IMG/VR virus record: IMGVR_UViG_2541047772_000007
Reading direction: 5' to 3' (one strand)
Length of the DNA: 34,407 nt
DNA from: a virus
Taxonomy: Duplodnaviria > Heunggongvirae > Uroviricota > Caudoviricetes > Peduoviridae
A program made the translations under genes and the position numbers. This document shows, piece after piece, positions 28,934-34,407 of this stretch. Positions within the stretch are counted from its first letter, which is position 1; each line of letters begins with the position of its first letter. The notes beneath the pieces are model-generated. The model did not search any database. It saw only the letters and a program-made list of their open reading frames with translations, and had not been told where the DNA came from.

Positions 28934-29198
28934 ATGAGCCAAAAGCCTCAGAACAACGCTTGCTGAGTTGCTCAACCTGCGCGTTTAAATCAGCAAAAGA
29001 CTTTGCGCTTCCGGTCAGAATATCGTGATGCATCAGGCCGGAAACGAGCTGGCTTAATTTCGGGTAATAACCAACCACCGCCAGCCATTCCTGACCGGCG
29101 TTTTTACCGCTTTCCGCTCTCTTTTTCTCGTGGAGAATAAACTGAAAGCTGTCACTGGTAACGACATAACGTTCGCCAATTTCGATACGAATACTCAT
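28923..29198 (-). CDS. P2 orf83-like early-operon protein (91 aa)
   Basis: Position immediately upstream of A in the early operon; length as for P2 orf83. Confidence 0.6.
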   Translation of the reverse strand: MSIRIEIGERYVVTSDSFQFILHEKKRAESGKNAGQEWLAVVGYYPKLSQLVSGLMHHDILTGSAKSFADLNAQVEQLSKRCSEAFGSYGR

Positions 29199-29419
29199 GC
29201 CATTCTCCGGTAATGCTTGTTTTTTGCTTCAAAGACTGACTGGCAGGAAACACAACGCGTGGCTGACGGATAAGCTGCACGACGGGCAGCAGGTATTGGC
29301 GCGTCACACTCTTCGCAAACCAGCGCAGAAACACCGCTATGTTTTACCCTTGCCGCGTTAATCTGGCGCTCCAGTAATTCAGCCTGTTGTTCCTGAATAA
29401 AATCTATGTTGTCCGGCAT
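29195..29419 (-). CDS. P2 orf82-like TraR/DksA-type C4 zinc-finger protein (74 aa)
   Basis: CEECDAPIPAARRAAYPSATRCVSCQ is a DksA/TraR-type zinc-finger motif; early-operon position. Confidence 0.7.
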   Translation of the reverse strand: MPDNIDFIQEQQAELLERQINAARVKHSGVSALVCEECDAPIPAARRAAYPSATRCVSCQSVFEAKNKHYRRMA

Positions 29420-29724
29420 TACCAGCTCCTTTTGTCGTTCAGCTTCTTAAATTCATCAGCGCAATAGCTGGCGATTTCTGTCGTTAATTTTGTCAGTTCA
29501 TCCACGGATGAAATTTGCTTATGAAATACAGCGCGTTTAACAAGTAAATTGACCACATCAGACAGGAGGTTTAATTCATTCTGATAAATCGCGATAACAG
29601 ATTCAGTTATGTCGCGTTTTTCTTTATCAAGACAAAGTTGAATAAGAGACAAATCGCCATTTTTCATAACGGCGATTTTTAAGGCGTTATTCAGTAATAC
29701 AACTGAATGAGAACAGGACATCAA
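29419..29724 (-). CDS. P2 orf81-like hypothetical protein (101 aa)
   Basis: Early-operon position; tightly packed with neighbouring genes (start/stop overlaps); AT-rich. Confidence 0.55.
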   Translation of the reverse strand: MMSCSHSVVLLNNALKIAVMKNGDLSLIQLCLDKEKRDITESVIAIYQNELNLLSDVVNLLVKRAVFHKQISSVDELTKLTTEIASYCADEFKKLNDKRSW

Positions 29725-29945
29725 AGCACCTCCCCGCGAGACAATCCGATATTGTGAAATTTTTCCGACTCCTGACTGAGCAGCTCGACTATCTCCACGC
29801 GGGATAACTCCGCCTTTGTGATATGGCGAATCATGGCGTCAAGATGAGAAGAAAAGCGCGTCGCAGCATCAGCCTGTGCTTCGGTTCTGGCCTGTTGCAG
29901 CAGTAATGCGTATTTACCGCACTGATTTTCAGAAACTGTATGCAT
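29721..29945 (-). CDS. P2 orf80-like hypothetical protein (74 aa)
   Basis: Early-operon position; track ORF (TTG start) trimmed to the ATG (MHTVSENQ...). Confidence 0.55.
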   Translation of the reverse strand: MHTVSENQCGKYALLLQQARTEAQADAATRFSSHLDAMIRHITKAELSRVEIVELLSQESEKFHNIGLSRGEVL

Positions 29946-30008
29946 GACTTTCTCCAGGCAAAAAGAAGCCCCGCACAATTAAGTGCGTTAAAAACTCTGG
30001 TTAATTAC

Positions 30009-30509
30009 TTAATGCAGATATTGCTCTGGTTTTACCGACGTCAGAATTGTCGGTGCATACTCAAACAGGCTGAATAATTCACGTAATGCACGGAATAAAG
30101 CATCACGCCAGTAACATGATTCTTCATTAATGCGCCAGTACGGCTGATTGAATTCTTTTTCTGTCAATCCCGCATGCATAAATAAAGTACGACGCTGACT
30201 GACTGTTAAAAAACTAATATATGCATACTCACTTGCACCGACCTGACGGCGTTTTGAGAATGCCCCGCGCAGTTCATCAATTGCACAAACCAGCCGTTCA
30301 CGTTCGACGTCGTTCATTTCTTCAAAACGCATCGTTGCGTGACGTTGTTTTAACTGCGCATGGAAGCAAACCGTTAACCGTTCGCGTTCCATCATCTGAT
30401 TATAATAATCACATGTATCCTGCCAGCGAGGAACGGCAAGATGCTTACCAATTATCCGACGCATGGTTGCTGGCTGTTTTTCAACGAGATTGAGCGTCAT
30501 CACTGTCAT
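30009..30509 (-). CDS. B: Replication protein B (about 166 aa)
   Basis: Length and position match P2 B; the start could equally be the ATG two codons upstream (30515). Confidence 0.8.
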   Translation of the reverse strand: MTVMTLNLVEKQPATMRRIIGKHLAVPRWQDTCDYYNQMMERERLTVCFHAQLKQRHATMRFEEMNDVERERLVCAIDELRGAFSKRRQVGASEYAYISFLTVSQRRTLFMHAGLTEKEFNQPYWRINEESCYWRDALFRALRELFSLFEYAPTILTSVKPEQYLH

Positions 30510-30676
30510 TTCCATACCCTCCGGCTTTTCAGAAAGGTCAGAGCCTTTTTTAACGGACTCTGTTTTTTGGTGCGGATAATGATTCCCTTGCGTCCCTTCC
30601 CGTGGGTGATGGTGAAGTCAATCGCCCTGGGGCTTTCGTTACGCAATAACTGAGCAATACAACGAGGCTCGTTCAT
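30506..30676 (-). CDS. P2 orf78-like small basic protein (56 aa)
   Basis: Between cox and B; track ORF (GTG start) trimmed to the ATG (MNEPRCIAQLL...). Confidence 0.55.
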   Translation of the reverse strand: MNEPRCIAQLLRNESPRAIDFTITHGKGRKGIIIRTKKQSPLKKALTFLKSRRVWK

Positions 30677-30686
30677 ACGGTTCTCC

Positions 30687-30962
30687 TTAACGTGGTTCAC
30701 CGAGACCTAACCACATCAACCAGCCGTCACGAATCTCTTTAGGACGGCTTTCATAAGCCAGTTTTAGTCCGTTATTCCATGCCGGAAGGTATACCCAATA
30801 TTCACCAGCACGCCCCGAAACTGACTGAGGGTCAGTAATCTCAATAACTGGTAATTTCCCTTTCTCAATCATGCCCCTTACAGCTCTTGGAGTTTTACCA
30901 ATGAGTTTTGCAAACTCCTGATAAGGCACGGCATCAGTCACGCTTACAAGCTGTCTATTCAT
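30687..30962 (-). CDS. cox: Cox (excision control / Pc repressor, 91 aa)
   Basis: 91 aa; C-terminal ...SGRAGEYWVYLPAWNNGLKLAYESRPKEIRDGWLMWLGLGEPR recognised as P2 Cox-like; first gene of the early operon. Confidence 0.85.
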   Translation of the reverse strand: MNRQLVSVTDAVPYQEFAKLIGKTPRAVRGMIEKGKLPVIEITDPQSVSGRAGEYWVYLPAWNNGLKLAYESRPKEIRDGWLMWLGLGEPR

Positions 30963-31083
30963 CTGCTACGATTCTCCCTTAGTGCTTCTAATGGCTCCTA
31001 ATGGCTAATTATTGCCTAAAAGGATAACTCCAGAAGCACAACATTTTACACTATCAGCAAGAAATTACGCAATCGGAGTAATT
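30963..31083. promoter_or_regulatory. Immunity switch region (divergent Pe/Pc promoters) containing tandem direct repeats CTAATGGCT-c-CTAATGGCT
   Basis: Intergenic region between divergent cox and C. Two 9-bp direct repeats with 10-bp periodicity at about 30989-31007, consistent with direct-repeat operator half-sites for a P2-type C repressor. Confidence 0.55.
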
Positions 31084-31383
31084 ATGTCAATAGACGTTTC
31101 GGAGAAGTTGAAGCTAATCCGTGAATCTGAAAGGTTAAACCGTAAAGAATTCAGTGAATTAACTGGTGTAGCCTACAGCTCACTTTCGAGCTATGAGAGC
31201 CGGTCAAAAAACGCTGGAGTTGAAGCCATAATGAAGGTCTTACAACATCCTAGATTTACTAAATATACTTTGTGGTTCATGACTGATCAGGTAGCTCCAG
31301 AAGCCGGGCAAATTGCGCCCGCTCTCGCACACTTTGGGCAAAACGAAACAACGTCGCCCCACTCCGGTCAAAAGACTGGTTAA
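31084..31383 (+). CDS. C: Immunity repressor C (99 aa)
   Basis: C-terminal half ...FTKYTLWFMTDQVAPEAGQIAPALAHFGQNETTSPHSGQKTG is P2 C-like; the N-terminal DNA-binding half diverges from my recollection of P2 C. Track ORF (alternative start) trimmed to the ATG giving 99 aa. Confidence 0.8.
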   Translation: MSIDVSEKLKLIRESERLNRKEFSELTGVAYSSLSSYESRSKNAGVEAIMKVLQHPRFTKYTLWFMTDQVAPEAGQIAPALAHFGQNETTSPHSGQKTG

Positions 31384-31498
31384 CAATTTATCGTGAATAT
31401 ATTCATCACAAGTGCCTACTATTGGTGGCTAAATTTCAGCCACCACGAAAAAAGCGATTAGTAGTAGCAAAAAAAAGTACCACTCGGAGGGTTTTCTG

Positions 31499-32512
31499 AT
31501 GGCAATCAAAAAACTCGATGATGGTCGATATGAAGTGGACATCCGCCCTACTGGACGTAACGGAAAACGCATCCGTAGGAAGTTTGATAAGAAAAGCGAA
31601 GCTGTCGCTTTCGAAAAATACACGTTGTACAACCACCACAATAAAGAATGGCTATCAAAACCAACAGACAAACGACGTCTGTCGGAACTGACACAGATCT
31701 GGTGGGATTTAAAGGGTAAACACGAAGAGCATGGGAAATCTAATCTTGGAAAAATTGAAATCTTCACAAAAATAACGAATGACCCATGCGCATTTCAAAT
31801 CACGAAATCCCTTATCAGCCAGTACTGCGCCACCCGAAGAAGTCAGGGTATTAAACCTTCGAGTATCAATCGTGATTTAACATGTATTAGCGGCATGTTT
31901 ACAGCCCTGATTGAAGCGGAGTTATTCTTTGGTGAGCACCCTATCAGAGGGACAAAGAGGCTTAAGGAGGAAAAACCAGAAACAGGCTATCTCACACAGG
32001 AAGAAATTGCCTTACTGCTTGCAGCACTTGACGGCGACAATAAAAAGATTGCGATTCTTTGCCTGAGTACAGGAGCACGTTGGGGAGAAGCAGCTCGTTT
32101 GAAAGCAGAAAATATCATCCATAACCGCGTCACGTTTGTTAAAACGAAAACAAACAAACCACGCACCGTCCCGATTTCAGAGGCTGTTGCCAAAATGATC
32201 GCGGATAACAAACGAGGTTTTTTATTCCCTGATGCTGATTACCCTCGCTTCAGACGAACAATGAAAGCAATAAAACCGGATTTGCCAATGGGGCAAGCCA
32301 CACATGCACTAAGGCACAGCTTTGCCACTCATTTCATGATTAATGGAGGAAGTATTATCACGCTACAACGGATACTAGGTCACACGCGGATTGAGCAAAC
32401 TATGGTTTACGCTCATTTTGCGCCAGAGTACCTTCAGGACGCCATTTCTCTTAATCCGCTAAGAGGTGGTACTGAGGCCGAGAGTGTCCACACAGTGTCC
32501 ACAGTAGAGTAA
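31499..32512 (+). CDS. int: Tyrosine integrase (337 aa)
   Basis: GGAGGG Shine-Dalgarno then ATG; C-terminal catalytic motifs HALRHSFAT and LGHTRIEQTMVYAHF; ends about 80 bp before the att core. Confidence 0.9.
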   Translation: MAIKKLDDGRYEVDIRPTGRNGKRIRRKFDKKSEAVAFEKYTLYNHHNKEWLSKPTDKRRLSELTQIWWDLKGKHEEHGKSNLGKIEIFTKITNDPCAFQITKSLISQYCATRRSQGIKPSSINRDLTCISGMFTALIEAELFFGEHPIRGTKRLKEEKPETGYLTQEEIALLLAALDGDNKKIAILCLSTGARWGEAARLKAENIIHNRVTFVKTKTNKPRTVPISEAVAKMIADNKRGFLFPDADYPRFRRTMKAIKPDLPMGQATHALRHSFATHFMINGGSIITLQRILGHTRIEQTMVYAHFAPEYLQDAISLNPLRGGTEAESVHTVSTVE

Positions 32513-32591
32513 CGTTTAAGGGCTTTCAGTGGTAATTTATGCCGCTCAAACCCGCATTGTACCGTTGAAAGCCCCTACTGGTGACACCCTA

Positions 32592-32619
32592 AATCTCCCT
32601 TACACGGGCTTATTTTTTA
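32592..32619. repeat. attR core: second copy of the 28-bp repeat AATCTCCCTTACACGGGCTTATTTTTTA (displaced cyaR 3' end)
   Basis: Identical to the cyaR 3' end at about 1507-1534; lies between int and yegR. +/-1 nt. Confidence 0.8.
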
Positions 32620-32775
32620 TGCATAAGCCGTATCCTGGTCACCGTCTTCCATTGACCACATCGATAGAATCCCCCTTCATAACACGATGCCTTTCACGTA
32701 ACGGCATCGTGCTCGTACAGATTCCGGCTACGCACAACCAGAACGCGCATGTTTGACGCTTACCAAAAAATATTC

Positions 32776-33093
32776 TCACTCTCCACATTTGAATGTCAGA
32801 CGAGCGACGCCATGTAATCCTGCACCTTCTGTCTTCAGGTCAACTATCTGCATTTTTTTGCCCTGAGTAACACAGAAATGAGCTGCATCATTTTTTACTA
32901 TATTTTCTGCACCAGAAATTCTGCCCCTGGCTAAAGAAGCTTCGGCTTCGGTGTAGTATTGGTTATCGAGTTTACGCTGAATATTACTTTTATATGCAAG
33001 ACCAAATTTACCGATACTTGTCTCATCATTATGTACAGCACACCCAGACATAAGAAAAACACTAATTAATGATATAGCAGCTATCTTTTTCAT
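32776..33093 (-). CDS. yegR: Lipoprotein YegR (host gene, 105 aa)
   Basis: MKKIAAISLISVFLMSGC... carries a signal peptide and lipobox; recognised as E. coli YegR. Track ORF trimmed to this ATG. Confidence 0.8.
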   Translation of the reverse strand: MKKIAAISLISVFLMSGCAVHNDETSIGKFGLAYKSNIQRKLDNQYYTEAEASLARGRISGAENIVKNDAAHFCVTQGKKMQIVDLKTEGAGLHGVARLTFKCGE

Positions 33094-33507
33094 CTTACCT
33101 TCCCCCATTAAATACCAACGACACGCTCTGGTGTTAAAATATAATAATGGCATGATTATTATAATTGAATAGGATTATAATAAATGTTCTGTACAACATT
33201 TCCTACATAAGTAGGAATTACATACACGGAGGCCCTTCCGGGTAACCCCATGGGGGGGTTAATATATTTTTAATAGTATATTGAAGATGCCACTGTTTAG
33301 TTGAATATTAGGTATATGCTCTTTTTTGAAATTTACCTATGGCTACCGTTAACATTCACTGTCCCCATTGCAAGCTCCTGGTGGTAACCACTGAATCCTC
33401 TATACTTGAACTGATTTTTTATCCTCCGACTTTCATCCTGTTCTGACTCCACCTTTTCTTTTCTGCTCTACACTATCTACAGACCAATCATAAAGGCACA
33501 TACGATC

Positions 33508-34407
33508 ATGGCAGAATTTCCCGCCAGCTTACTGATTCTTAATGGCAAAAGTACTGACAATTTACCATTGCGCGAAGCAATTATGCTGTTGCGTGAGGAA
33601 GGAATGACGATCCATGTGCGGGTCACCTGGGAGAAAGGCGATGCCGCACGATATGTAGAGGAGGCCCGGAAGTTGGGCGTCGCAACGGTGATTGCCGGTG
33701 GTGGCGATGGCACCATTAATGAAGTTTCTACGGCGTTGATTCAGTGTGAGGGGGATGACATACCCGCGCTAGGAATTTTGCCATTAGGAACCGCCAATGA
33801 TTTTGCCACCAGTGTAAGGATTCCTGAGGCACTGGATAAGGCGCTGAAACTGGCAATTGCCGGTGACGCCATTGCGATAGATATGGCGCAGGTCAACAAA
33901 CAAACCTGTTTTATTAATATGGCGACAGGCGGATTTGGGACGCGTATTACCACAGAAACGCCGGAAAAATTAAAAGCCGCGCTGGGTGGCGTCTCTTACA
34001 TCATTCATGGCTTAATGCGCATGGATACTCTGCAACCGGACCGTTGTGAGATCCGCGGTGAAAACTTTCACTGGCAAGGTGACGCCCTGGTCATTGGTAT
34101 TGGTAACGGGCGTCAGGCCGGTGGCGGTCAGCAATTGTGCCCGAACGCGTTAATTAACGATGGCTTGCTGCAACTGCGCATTTTTACCGGCGATGAAATT
34201 CTTCCGGCTCTCGTATCAACATTAAAATCTGACGAAGATAACCCGAATATTATCGAAGGCGCTTCGTCGTGGTTTGATATACAAGCCCCACACGAAATCA
34301 CTTTTAATCTTGATGGCGAACCGTTGAGCGGACAAAACTTTCATATTGAAATACTTCCGGCGGCGTTGCGTTGTCGATTACCACCAGATTGCCCATTGTT
34401 GCGTTAA
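33508..34407 (+). CDS. yegS: Lipid kinase YegS (host gene, 299 aa)
   Basis: [49 protein letters not shown]... with the DAG-kinase-like GGDGT motif; the ORF ends with a stop at the window end. Confidence 0.9.
   Translation: MAEFPASLLILNGKSTDNLPLREAIMLLREEGMTIHVRVTWEKGDAARYVEEARKLGVATVIAGGGDGTINEVSTALIQCEGDDIPALGILPLGTANDFATSVRIPEALDKALKLAIAGDAIAIDMAQVNKQTCFINMATGGFGTRITTETPEKLKAALGGVSYIIHGLMRMDTLQPDRCEIRGENFHWQGDALVIGIGNGRQAGGGQQLCPNALINDGLLQLRIFTGDEILPALVSTLKSDEDNPNIIEGASSWFDIQAPHEITFNLDGEPLSGQNFHIEILPAALRCRLPPDCPLLR

Larger units (their letters stand above)
1507..32619. mobile_element. P2-like temperate prophage (Peduovirus-type), apparently complete, integrated in the cyaR 3' end
   Basis: Bounded by a 28-bp perfect direct repeat. 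Contains the full P2 gene order (int, C, cox, B, A, cargo, cos, Q, P, O through ogr) with ogr next to the left repeat and int next to the right repeat, as expected for a P2 prophage. Confidence 0.9.

Noticed and set aside
29152-29334. 60-aa minus-strand ORF overlapping orf82/orf83
   Set aside because: Alternative frame fully inside the better-supported zinc-finger ORF and its neighbour.
1635-31383. N-terminally extended starts given by the ORF track for ogr, O, L, X, P, A, B, orf78, orf80, C, lysC and yegR
   Set aside because: Many begin at TTG/GTG or an upstream ATG and give products longer than the known P2 or E. coli proteins; starts were trimmed to internal ATGs that reproduce the canonical lengths. 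Trimmed starts are my inference and unverified.
31429-31767. Minus-strand ORFs (112 aa and 67 aa) overlapping the C-int intergenic region and the int 5' end
   Set aside because: Antisense to int, with no ribosome-binding site; the region is expected to be the transcribed C-int operon junction.
32529-32756. 75-aa plus-strand ORF spanning the attR core
   Set aside because: It crosses the recombination junction, mixing phage and host DNA, so it cannot be a conserved gene; no ribosome-binding site.
33154-33507. G/C palindrome (about CCCCATGGGGG) and AT-rich stretch in the yegR-yegS divergent intergenic region
   Set aside because: Host intergenic DNA outside the prophage, most simply the divergent promoter region of yegR and yegS; no repeat array or ORF.
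1-34407. CRISPR arrays, tRNA or rRNA genes, insertion sequences
   Set aside because: No spaced direct-repeat arrays, cloverleaf-compatible tRNA-like segments, or transposase ORFs with terminal inverted repeats were seen. The prophage uses the CyaR sRNA 3' end rather than a tRNA as its attachment site.

Overview
The window is an Escherichia-type chromosomal locus (yegQ, CyaR sRNA, then yegR and yegS) carrying an apparently complete P2-like (Peduovirus-type) prophage of about 31 kb, integrated at the 3' end of the CyaR sRNA gene and bounded by a 28-bp direct repeat (about 1507-1534 and 32592-32619). Gene order and protein lengths follow the P2 map almost gene for gene: ogr, D, U, T, E/E' with its slippery site, FII, FI, G, H, I, J, W, V, S, R, the lysis cassette, L, M, N, O on the minus strand, P and Q on the plus strand, the cos site, then A, orf83-orf80, B, orf78, cox, C and int. 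Calls rest on protein-level recognition and synteny; no searches were run. Three things differ from a plain P2 backbone and are the interesting part. (1) At the position where P2 carries tin/old (between cos and gene A) there is an AT-rich two-gene convergent cassette: a 361-aa ComEC-like metallo-beta-lactamase-fold protein (candidate nuclease) and a roughly 162-aa four-helix membrane protein. This is the best candidate for an undescribed anti-phage or exclusion system. (2) At the Z/fun position (between G and FI) there is an AT-rich single-gene moron encoding a 197-aa N-terminally membrane-anchored protein. (3) The tail fibre H is longer than in P2 (917 aa) with three internal repeats of about 60 aa (about 90 aa apart), and the repressor C has a divergent N-terminus. 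Nucleotide-level coordinates of non-coding features are hand-counted and may be off by 1-2 nt; CDS coordinates follow the supplied ORF track, trimmed where the P2 protein length indicates a downstream start.
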